Positions 25,916-36,522 of a stretch of DNA of 64,000 bases are shown here, piece by piece; the stretch's first letter is position 1, and each line of letters opens with the position of its first letter. The notes beneath the pieces are model-generated. The model was not told where the DNA came from, ran no database searches, and worked only from the letters and a program-made list of their open reading frames with translations. A program made the translations under genes and the position numbers. This stretch comes from Chrysemys picta bellii (Eukaryota): positions 23,870,001 through 23,934,000 of the forward strand of contig NC_088807.1 of assembly GCF_011386835.1 (NCBI RefSeq), given 5' to 3'.

Positions 25916-26342
25916 CACCCATGGTACCTTAATGGGAGTCTCACATTTCTCCTTTCCCCAACTGAAATGGGGCCTGGCTTGGTGCCCCCACCCCCGTACA
26001 ATGGTGGGGGGCAAAGTGCCCATGGGGGGGCACTTGGACTGAGACCCCACAAACTCTCCAGCCACAAGCTGTCTGTCATGGGGCTCCCACCCTGCCACCC
26101 CACATCTTTGAGGGGAGCTGCTACCCCCTGACCCCATAATGCAGGTGACCACTGCCCAACCCCTACAGACCAGGGGGGGAACCACCCCCTTTCTATGTCC
26201 CCCAAAATATCACTTGGGCTCCCCATCCTCTGTCTCCCCTATTTATAGATATGTACAAACACTGATGGACTATACTGCCCCTCTCCCCATCTTGCACAGC
26301 TGGGTGAGTGTTGGGGGGGCCAAGATTGTGGGGGGGCCCCCA

Positions 26343-29295
26343 TCACAGAATGCAGCAGGGGCAGCCATTGGACTCTTAGTTGGGGGGTGCACAGTAGGAG
26401 CAAGGGGGGGTCTCCAGCTCCTGGAACCTCCTGCAAGAAAGAAGGGGGGAGACACTTATGAACGGAGCCCAAACTGGGGGCGGTGCCCCTTCTGGGGTAC
26501 TGGGAGGGGAAGTGCTGTTTTGGGGGTATCCCTGAGGGAGTCAAACCCCATGTTACCACAATGGGGGACATGCCCCATTGGGGGGGGGCTGATGGTTCCC
26601 CAGGCAATTCACTGAGAGTTAAGGGGGGGCGTCAGGGGGGACTGAAGCCCTGTTTGGAGGGATCTCACAGGAAGTTTGGTAGGAATCTACCCCCATGGCG
26701 GGGGGACAACCCTTGGGGGAAATATCACGCACAGTGTGGGTCTCCCTGGCGAGACATCCTGCAGCGCGCACTCCCCTATTTTATGGGGTGCCTTGGTCAG
26801 AGCCGCCCCCCCATACCTGATGGCTCGGACGACCTCATGGAAGGACTCGTCTACGTTGAGGCGGATCTTGGCCGAGGCTTCCATGTAGGGATGCGATTCT
26901 CCTGGGCGAAGGCCAGCGCCTCCTCCTTGGGCACCTGGAGGGGGAGGATTACAAGCAGATCCTCAATCCATTCGACTGGTGGGAGCGGGGGACAAGCTGG
27001 GCACCTCTCAAAGCCCCAGGGCAGTCGGGGGACCCAGGCATCCGGGCTTCAGAAAGCCCATGCCATGAGAGACAGCAGCATTTCCTGTCTGGAGCACCCT
27101 CCAAGATGGCCGCCGACAGCGCGAGTGGCCCATGGGGCGGTACTTCCTGTCTGGGCACCGTTCAAGATGGCCGCCGACAGAGCGCGAGTGGCCCATGGGG
27201 CGGTACTTCCTGTCTGGGCACCCTCCACCAGATGGCTGCCGACAGAGCACGAGTGGCCCATGGGGCGGTACTTCCTGTCTGGGCACCCTCCAAGATGGCC
27301 GCTGACACAGCACGAGTGGCCCACGGGTCAGCACATCCTGTCTGGGCACCGTCCAAGATGGCCGCCGACAGCGCGAGTGGTCCATGGGGCGGCACTTCCT
27401 GTCTGGGGCACCGTCCAAGATGGCCGCCGACAGAGCGCGAGTGGTCCATGGGGCGGCACTTCCTGTCTGGGCACCGTCCAAGATGGCCACCGACAGAGCG
27501 CGAGTGGCCCATGGGGCGGCACTTCCTGTCTGGGTACCCTCCAAGATGGCCCACCATGGCTCGAGCCCAGTGGCCCTGGGGCCCCATCAGGACACCCCAG
27601 CGTGGGCGGAGCCCAGAGACCCCTCTGGCCCCGCCCCCTCTCACCTGGCGCTGCAGGTCCAGGTCGGCCTTGTTGCCCACGAGGATCATGGGAAAGTCGT
27701 CCCGGTCTTTGACCCGCAGGATCTGGGTGTGGAACTTGCTGATCTCGGTGAAGCTGCAGGGGGACGAGATGGAGAGCGGATGGGGGGGGGCTGCTGGAGG
27801 GGGGGGTCCTCGCCGGTGGGAGGGGCCCAGGAGGGTGTGATTGGGCAGCAGGGATCTGAGGGTGGGGGGCTGTCCTGGCCAGGCCGCCGGGGTAGAGGTG
27901 GGGGGGATCTCATGGGCGGGGTACAGGGTGGCTGCCGTAGTGGGGGGGGGGGTCTCAGTGTCGGGGGGGGCCTTACCTGCCGCGGTCATTGATGGCGTAG
28001 ATGAGCAGGAACCCCTCCCCCGTCCGCATGTACTGCTCCCGCATGGCCCCGAACTCCTCCTGCCCGGCCGTGTCCAGGACTGTGGGGGAGAGATGGAGGG
28101 CGGCGGGGGGGTTAACTTTCCCACATCCTGAGGGTCAGGGCTCCTATCCCTCCTGTCCCCTAGCTGGGGAGAGAACCCAGGAGTCCTGGCTCCAGCCCCC
28201 CCCTGCTCTAACCACTAGATCCCACTCCCCTCCCAGAGCCAGGGAGAGAACCCAGGAGTCCTGTCTCCCAGCTCCTCCCCCCTGTTGCCCACCCATAGAA
28301 CTTCCTCCCACCTCTGCAGCCTCCCCCATAGCAGGGCAGGTGGGTCCCTGGGTGAGGCCCCTCTGCTCTAGCTGGGGCAGGGCTCCCCCGAAGTGGGGCG
28401 CAAGCCAGCCCCTCCTCCCCCCCCCCCCCCCGCGACACACTCACTGTCCAGCCGGGTCGCGGTCCCATCGATGGTGCAAAATCTTCGTATAGGAGTCCTC
28501 GATTGTGGGGTCATAGTCCGAGACAAAGTACGACTGGGGGAGGGGGAAGGGGGGGGTTACAGCCCCTATTAGAACCCAGGCGTCCGGGATCTTCTCCCCC
28601 CCCCCCCCCCGGCTATGACCACTGGACCCTACTGAGCTCTGAGAGCTGTGGAGAGAACCCAGGAGTCCTGGCTGCCAGCCCCCCCCCCCCGCTCTAACCA
28701 CTAGCCCCCTCTCCCTCCCAGAGCCAGGGACAGAACCCAGGAGTCCGGGCTCCCAGCCCCCCCCCCCCATCCAGTTCTTGAGAAGAGAAGATTTGGTGGA
28801 ACGTGGAACAAGCGGCTGCTCCTGCCCCCCCCCTCCGCCGCCGCCCCCCCCATCCCCCCCAGGCCTGTCCCGGGCAGCGGGAGGGGTGGGGCGGCTCCCT
28901 CGCTCCAGGCCCCAAATTCCTGCTGCGCTCCCCCGGGCGGCGGGGGAGGGAGAGGAAATAGGAATTTCCTCCCCCCCCCCCGCTCCCTGCCCTCCCCAGA
29001 CGCGCTCCCCCCTCGCAGGCCGGGCACCCCCACCTCTAGGCCACCCCCGTCCCCCCACTCAGCCCCCCCTCCTGCCCCCCTGAGCCAGGACCCCCCACAG
29101 CCTGAACTTTTCCAGGGAGGAAACTTTGCCGCCCCGGAAAGGGGGGGGGGTCCCGGCGGGGGGCCCCCCATGCCGCCCCGGGGCCCCCCTTACCTGAATG
29201 AACTGGATGGTCAGGGCGCTCTTCCCCACGCCGCCCCCTCCCACCACCACTAGCTTGTATTTCTCCTGGGGCGCCCCCGGCTCTTTGGGGGCCAT
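26343..29295 (-). CDS. RRAS: Ras-related protein R-Ras
   Basis: Exons (-) 29295-29194 ([34 protein letters not shown]), 28533-28445 ([17 protein letters not shown]), 28079-27977 ([23 protein letters not shown]), 27753-27645 ([11 protein letters not shown]), 26934-26817 ([12 protein letters not shown]), 26430-26343 (ends NGCPCCIL*, a CAAX box). Synteny with PRR12 and SCAF1. As assembled there is +1 nt in exon 2, -1 nt in exon 5 and an in-frame TAA in exon 6. Confidence 0.92.
27075..27555. repeat. ~62-bp tandem repeat carrying YY1 (CAAGATGGCCGCC) and ETS (ACTTCCTG) motifs, RRAS intron 4
   Basis: 8 copies of the AGATGGC core counted, at about 27104, 27165, 27230, 27293, 27357, 27418, 27481 and 27544. 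Confidence 0.88.
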
Positions 29296-31539
29296 GTCTG
29301 GGGGGCTGCGCCCCCTGGGGGGGAGTTTTCAACTCTTGGGGGGACCCCCCACCCCGCCCCTCCGCGTCCGGCCCGGCGATGCGCTGGAGTCCCCAGAATA
29401 TGGCTGGCTAGTCTCCCCCCCCCGCGCCCGGTCCGGCTACCCCCTCTCCAGACCTGGGCGGGGTCCTGTGTTATGCTAATCTATGCTAATTAGGCACTCG
29501 CATAGTCATGAGGCGCCGGGCGATTCACAAAAATCCACTTCCCTATATGGCGCGCGGGCGAGATGGAAGGGGGGGGTAGCAGCCGCCCCTCCCACCCCAC
29601 ACACACACTCCTCTAAACCCCGGGCTGGGAGCCAGGACTCCTGGGTTCCATCCCCAACTCTGGGGGGGGGGAGTGGGGTCTAGTGGGTAAGGGGAGGCTG
29701 GGAGCCAGGACGCCTGGGTTCTGTCCTTGTGGGACTGTCCCTCTTTCCCCTTCTGCATCACCGCCCCCCATCCAGATCGCCCCCCATAGCCCTGTGCAGG
29801 GGGGGGGGGGTTACAGCCCAGGCACAAGGACCCAGCGGAGCTGGGGAGGGGGGGGGGGGCATGACCTCACTACATTCCTTTCATATGGTGTGTTGAGGAA
29901 GTCGACTCAGTTCCCCCCTCCCACTCCGGGCACCGCCTCCCCCCCCCCCACAGCCCTCCCCTTTCCGGAGCCTGGAGGGGGAGGGGCAGGGGCAGCCGGA
30001 CAGCGCTGTTGAGGGGCTGGGTGGGAAACTGTCTGCCCATTCCTCTACCCCCGCAGTCCCAGAGGTGGGGGGGGAGGGTCAGGTTGGAGTCAGGGACCCC
30101 GTCCAAGTACTGTGGGGCCTTGGTCAGGGGGAACCCCCACAATAGGGCCAAAAAGGAGCCTGGGGGAGAGTAGAACCCAGGTGTCCTGGCTCCTAACCTC
30201 CCCCACCCCCCTAGCTGGGGATGGAACCCAGGAGTCCTGGCTCCCAGCCCCCCCCTACTCTAGCCAGTAGACCCCACTCCTCTCCCAGAGCCAGGGATGG
30301 AACCCAGGAGTCCTGGCTCCCAGCCCACCCCCATTCTAGCTGCTAGACCCCACTCCCCTCCCAGAGCCAGGGAGAGAACCCAGGAGTCCTGGCTCCCAGC
30401 CCCCCTGCTCTAACCACTAGACCCCACTCCCCTCACAGAGCTGGGGATGGAACCCAGGAGTCCTGCTTCAATCCCCCAAGGAAAATGGGATTCAGGGCTG
30501 TGGGGGGCTGTGGTTAGAGGGTTTCCCACAGAAGAGGCTTGGGGCTTTTCGGGCTGAGTTTGGGGGGTCTGAGGCTTGGGGTGTGGGGGGACTGGGACTG
30601 GATGAGGCTGGGGTTTGGGGCATTCAGGTTGGGAGCGGAGGGGGCTGGAGTTTGGGGCTACAGGAGCCTGGGAGGTTTTGGGGGGGTGGGGGTGGATTCA
30701 CACCCTGGCACCAGTGGAGGTGCAGGCCTGTTATAACCAGGGGGATGGGGGTGGCTGGAGTGGGTGTGGGTAGGTAACCCCTGGTCCCCCATCTCTCTGA
30801 TTCCCCCCCAATCCAGGACCCCCACATCACCGAGCCCCCATGGGAGCCGGGACAAGCTGGGAGCATTAATCCCTCCCCCAGCCCCTCCCTGGCTCCGTCA
30901 TCCCTGCCCGCCAGACCTGCCTCTCTCCCCCCTCCCAGCTGCTGCTGAGTCCCCATTTTGGGGGGGATGCCCACACCTGACCTGCACCCCCTCTTTCTCC
31001 TGGGCTCCCCCTCCCAGTGATACGTCTCCCATGGGGTCTCCTGGAGTGTGGGGGGAACAGTAACGGGGCTAGGAACCTGCTGCTCCTCCTTTGGCCCCAG
31101 CACTCCCAAGGGGGGGGTGTTGGGACCCACAGTGGGGGGGCGGGTGACCTGGAGTCCCAGGGACCGGGGGCTGGATGCTAAAGGTAGACAAAGTCCCACG
31201 CTCCGTCCATCCCCGTGAGGGGCCGGGTTCTCCTGCGCTCCGGGCCGCAGCCCCTTGGGTGGCTGCTTTAGCCAAACTCCATGGAGGGGCCAGGAGGGGC
31301 CTGCATGACACGGGCAGGGGCAGTCTGGGCTTTGTGGTTATCCAGCCCCCCCATCTGCACCTGGCATTCTCCAGCCCCCCATCCCCATCTGCACCCTCTA
31401 CCGTCCATCCCTCCCTCCCTCGTGCCGTCCCCCCACTGCAGAGCGCAGGCCAGAGATGCCCTGGTGGGATGATGCTGTTTTGGGGGGGTGACGAGGGCTT
31501 GTCACAGCCTGAGGACTTGGGGGATAGCGTCACGCTGGG

Positions 31540-32430
31540 ATGACCTCAGGGTGTGACATCACAAGGGGGTGGTGCAAAGGTGTGAGGATCGGTGCAAAGT
31601 CACAAGATATGTTGTTGACATCGTGATGATGTCACGGGGTGAGGTCACAGTGTGATGATCTCATAAAACCAAGCCCCTATGGGCATGTACCATGGTGGGC
31701 GGATGTCACTGTGAGATGATGTCATAATGTTGGGGATGCCATCACACTAGGGTCTTGGGAGGATGATGTCCTAGTGTGGCAAGGGGGGGGTGATGACATT
31801 CGGGGGCGGAGTCCCAGCGGATGATGTCATGGAGTGGGGGGTGACATCACAGGAGTGTCTCGGGAAGATGATGTCGCAGTGGGCGGGGGGGGCAATGACA
31901 TGAGGAGATGGAATCCCAGGGGATGATGTCATGGAGTGGGGGGTGACATCACAGCAGTGTCTCGGGAAGATGATGTCATAGTTGGCAGGGGGGTGATGAC
32001 ATTAGGGGGCGGAGTCCCAGGGGATGATGTCATGGAGTGGGGGGGTGACATCACAGGAGTGTCTCGGGAAGATGATGTTGCAGTGGGCAGGGGGGTGATG
32101 ACATGAGGAGGTGGAATCCCAGGGAATGATGTCATGGAGTGGGGGGGTGACATCACAGCAGTATCTCAGGAAGATGATGTCATAGTTGGTGGGGGGGCGA
32201 TGACATGAGGAGGTGGAATCCCAGGGGATGATGTCATGGAGTGGGGGGTGACATCACAGCAGTATCTCGGGAAGATGATGTCGCAGTGGGCGGGGGGGTG
32301 ATGACATCAGGGGGCGGAGACCCAGGGGATGATGTGACCACGGATGACGCAATGGTGGGATGGGATGACATCACAACAGTGCCTTGGGGATGATGTCACA
32401 GCGCTGTGCCATGGCAATGTGACGTCACGA
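31540..32430. repeat. ~102-bp tandem repeat and flanks rich in TGACATCA/TGATGTCA
   Basis: Five full units at about 31820-32330; 18 TGACATCA octamers counted on either strand; a perfect TGACGTCA at 32420-32427. Confidence 0.85.
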
Positions 32431-32992
32431 CGCTACAATGACGTCGCGGTTCGACACGGACTCTCGGACGCCACAACCGCTAAAACTACCACTCCCATGA
32501 AGCACCGGGCGCTCCCGCAAGGCATGGTGGGATCGGTTCCCCCGCCGCCGCTCAGCCCCGTCTCTCCCAGGCTGCCCCGCGGCAGGGCGGCGCGGAGCTC
32601 TCTGGGACACGTAGTCCCGCCCCGCGGGGAGCGGGCGGGGGAGGGGAAGCGCCCGGCGCGGCGGGCGGCCGCGGAGCATGATGGGAAAGGCAGGCGCCGG
32701 GCCCCTGAGTCATGGTGGGGGGATCCGGACTACACCTCCCGGCATGCCCCGCGCGGCGGGGGCGCGGCCTGGGCGGCGGGCGGGCCGCGGGGCATGCCGG
32801 GAGCGGTAGTTCCCCTCCCCCTCCCGCCAGGGGCGGCGGACTCCATCTCCCATCGGCCCCCGCGGCGCCGCAGCGGCCGAGCCGGAGCCGGAGCCGAGCG
32901 GGGAGCGGGGTAAGATGGCGGCGGCCGCGGCGGCCGGGCCGGGGCAGCGGCGCCCATTGTCCTAGGGGAGGGGCCGGGCCCCGCGCGCGCAG
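32430..32992 (+). promoter_or_regulatory. SCAF1 CpG-island promoter and non-coding exon 1
   Basis: CpG island with three ZNF143/THAP11-type motifs (reverse GGACTACGTGTCCCAGAG near 32600-32618; ACTACACCTCCCGGCATGCCCCGC near 32729; its inverted partner near 32787-32810), YY1 motif AAGATGGCGGC at 32912 and donor CAG|GTAACC at 32992/32993. Confidence 0.75.
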
Positions 32993-33009
32993 GTAACCGG
33001 GGGGCGGGG

Positions 33010-35000
33010 GATGTAGCGGGGGTTACATGGGGGAGGGGGTTGTATGGGGGGCTGGGTAGAGTGGGGGTGTGGGGGGAGGGGTTACATGGGGCTCTGGGGG
33101 GGCGGTATGGGGGAGGGGGTTGTATGGGGGGCTGGGTAGAGTGGGGGTGTGGGGGGGAGGGGTTACATGGAGCTCTGGGGGGGCGGTATGGGGGAGGGGG
33201 TTGTATGGGGGGCTGGATACAGTGGGGGTGTGGGGGGGAGGGGTTACATGGAGCTCTGGGGGGGATGGTATGGGGGAGGGGGTTGTATGGGGGGCTGGGT
33301 AGAGTGGGGTGTGGGGGGGAGGGGTTACATGGAGCTCTGGGGGGGCGGTATGGGGGAGGGGGTTGTATGGGGGGCTGGATACAGTGGGGGTGTGGGGGGG
33401 AGGGGTTACATGGAGCTCTGGGGGGGATGGTATGGGGGAGGGGGTTGTATGGGGGGCTGGGTAGAGTGGGGTGTGGGGGGGAGGGGTTACATGGAGCTCT
33501 GGGGGGGATGGTATGGGGGAGGGGGTTGTATGGGGGGCTGGATAGAGTGGGGGTCAGGAAGGGGGTAGTGGATATAGTGGGGGGGTCGAGAAAGGGACGA
33601 GGGGGTTGTATGGCGCTCTCGGGGGGTGCGGTATGGGGAAGGGGGTTGTATGGGGGCTGGATATAGTGGGGGTGTGGGGGGAGGGGTTATATGGGGCTCT
33701 GGGGGTGCGGTATGGGGGAGGGGGTTGTATGGGGGGGCTGGATATAGTGGGGGTGTGGGGGGAGGGGGTTACATGGGGCTCTGGGGGGGCGGTATGGGGG
33801 AGGGGGTTGTATGGGGGGCTGGGTAGAGTGAGGGTGTGGGGGGAGGGGGTTACATGGGGCTCTGGGGGGGACGGTATGGGGGAGGGGGTTGTATGGGGGG
33901 CTGGGTAGAGTGGGGGTGTGGGGGGAGGGGGTTACATGGGGCTCTGGGGGGTGCGGTATGGGGGAAGGTGGTTGTATGGGGGGCTGGATATAGTGGGGGT
34001 CAGGAAGGGGGTAGTGGATATAGTGGGGGGGTCGGGAAAGGGACAAGGGGGTTGTATGGGGCTCTCGGGGGTGCGGTATGGGGAGGGGGTTGTATGGGGT
34101 GCTGGATAGAGTGGGGGTGTCGGGGGAGGAGGTTATATGGGGCTCTGAGGGGTGCGGTATGGGGAACGGGGTTGTATGGGGTGCTGCATATAGTGGGGGT
34201 GTGGGGGGAGGGGTTATATGGGGCTCTGGGGGTGCAGTATGGGGGAGGGGGTTGTATGGGGTGCTGGATATAGTGGGGGTGTGGGGGGAGGAGTTACATG
34301 GGGCTCTGGGGGGTGCGGTATGGGGAAGGGGGTTGTATGGGGTGCTGGATATAGTGGGGGTGTGGGGGGAGGAGTTACATGGGGCTCTGGGGGGTGCGGT
34401 ATGGGGAAGGGGGTTGTATGGGGTGCTGGATAGAATGGGGGTCAGGAAGGGGGTAGTGGCTATAGTGGGGGGGTTGGGAAAGGGACAAGGGGGTTGTATG
34501 GGGCTCTCGGGGCTGCGGTATGGGGGAGGGGGCTGTATGGGGGGGCTGGATATAGTGGGGGTGTGGGAGGAGGGGTTACATGGGGCTCTGGGGGTGCAGT
34601 ATGGGGGAGGGGGTTGTATGGGGTGCTGGATATAGTGGGTGTGTGGGGGGAGGGGTTACATGGGGCTCTGGGGGGTGCGGTATGGGGAAGGGGGTTGTAT
34701 GGGGGGCTGGATATAGTGGGTGTGGGGGGAGGGGGTTACATGGAGCTCTGGGGGGGATGGTATGGGGGAGGGGGTTGTATGGGGGGCTGGATAGAATGGG
34801 GGTCAGGAAGGGGGTAGTGGATATAGTGGGGGGGTCGGGAAAGGGACGAGGGGGTTGTATGGCGCTCTCGGGGGGTGCGGTATGGGGAAGGGGGTTGTAT
34901 GGGGTGCTGGATATAGTGGGGGTCAGGAAGGGGGTAGTGGATATAGTGGGGGTATTGGGGGAGGGGGTTATATGGGGGAATGGGGGTGGATATAGTGGGG
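33010..35000 (+). repeat. ~2-kb G-rich minisatellite at the start of SCAF1 intron 1
   Basis: Units such as GGTATGGGGGAGGGGGTTGTATGGGGGGCTGGATATAGTGGGGGTGTGG repeated directly after the exon-1 donor. Confidence 0.92.
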
Positions 35001-36522
35001 GTGCGGTGTGGGGGAGAGGGGTTGTATGTTTGTATGGGGGTAGTGGTGGATATAGTTGGGATGGAAAGGGAGTGCAGTGTCGGGGGAGGGGGTTATATAT
35101 GTGGGGGTGGATATAGCATGGGAGTGGGAAGGGGAGAAGGTTGTAGGGGGGCCTTGGGGGTGGTTGTGGATATAGCATGGGAAAGGGAAGGGGGCAGCGG
35201 GGGGGAGGGGTTATGTGGGGGTATGTAAGGGGTGCAGTGTAGGTGGAGAGGAGGGGGTACAGTGTGGGGGAGGATGTTATAGGGAGCATGGTGGTTGTGG
35301 ATACAGCATGGGGGCAGGAAGGGGAGGGGATTATATGGGGCCTTGGATGTGGGGGTGGATATAGCAAGGGAATGGGAAGGGGGGCAGTGTGGGGGGGTGG
35401 GAAGGAGAGGGGGTGTGCTGTAGGTGGAGACGACGAGACACTGTGTGGGAGAGGGGCTGTGGGGGCCTTGGGGGTTGTGGGTACAGCGTGGGATGTAGAA
35501 AGGGGATGGAGTGCAGCATAGGGGAGGAGATTATAGGGGGCATGGGTGGGGGCAGGAAGGAGGTGTGGGGGGAGGGGTTATATGGGGGGTGGATACAACA
35601 TGGGGGGCAGGATGGGATGGGATAGGGGGTTCCAAGCAGGGGCTGTGGAGGTGAAGGGGTTAATGTGGGACCAGCCAGGGTGGGGGTGTGACAAGGGGGG
35701 GCTGGGGTTAATGGGGCGGGGGGGAGATGAACCTAGGGATGGGGATTGGAGGCCAATGGGGGAAGGAGAAGGAAGACGGGATAATGGGGCGGCTAATGAT
35801 GGGGTCATTAATCTGGGGGAGGGGAGTGGGGGGCTGGAGGAGATGAGGGAGGAAGGAGGGACAGGGCTAAGGGAGTGGGTGCGGGTTGGAAAGGGAGGGG
35901 AATTGCTGGGGTGGCTGGGAAGCGGGGGTGATGGTCTGCCCCCCTCTCCGGGCAGGGGAATGAAGCCACGCCCTCCCCCACACCCTAGGGCAGGCTGCTG
36001 AGTTGAGCTGGTGCACAAAGGCCAGTGGCTGTCTCTGTCCGTCCCCCCCACGCCTCTCACTCAGCCACACAGCAAAGGGGGGGGGGGGCCATGATGGGGC
36101 GCCCAGGTCAGAGGGGACCCTGTGGCTCTATTTTCCCTGTTGAGCTCACAGCTTCAGCCCGTACTGGGGCAGAGACATGTCCTGGCATGGGGGAGAAACG
36201 GGCCCTTTCCTCTCTGGGGGGCGCTGCCCTAATCTGGGGCTACGGGTTGGGATTGAAGAGGTGGTGCTTGGCTGTAGGATGGATGCCCCTAGCCCGGATA
36301 AGCTCTTCTGCCGTTAGAAGAGGACCCAAGGGCAGCATTGGGAGGAGCTGGGAGCCAGGACTCCTGAGTTCTCTCCCTGGCTCTGGGAGGGGAGTGGGGT
36401 CTAGTGGTTAGAGCAGGGGGGCTGGGAGCCAAGCTGGGCACAGTGGCTGCATTGCTGGTGGTGGTGGTAGCCCATGACCTCGCTCACCTTCCCTGTTCGT
36501 AGGATCCTCTCCGCCCGCGGCC

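Noticed and set aside
25301-26226. ORFs spanning the first N gap (likewise 62946..63688)
   Set aside because: Artefacts of translating N as X.
26343-29295. RRAS, IRF3 or PRR12 as true pseudogenes; RRAS as RRAS2
   Set aside because: Lesions cluster in homopolymers while all motifs and splice sites are conserved, so error is more likely, though unproven without reads. Synteny and the CPC-x-x-L tail favour RRAS.
33040-35367. Gly/Trp-rich ORFs resembling keratin-associated or beta-keratin proteins
   Set aside because: Open in several frames because of a G-rich minisatellite in SCAF1 intron 1; no beta-keratin core box.
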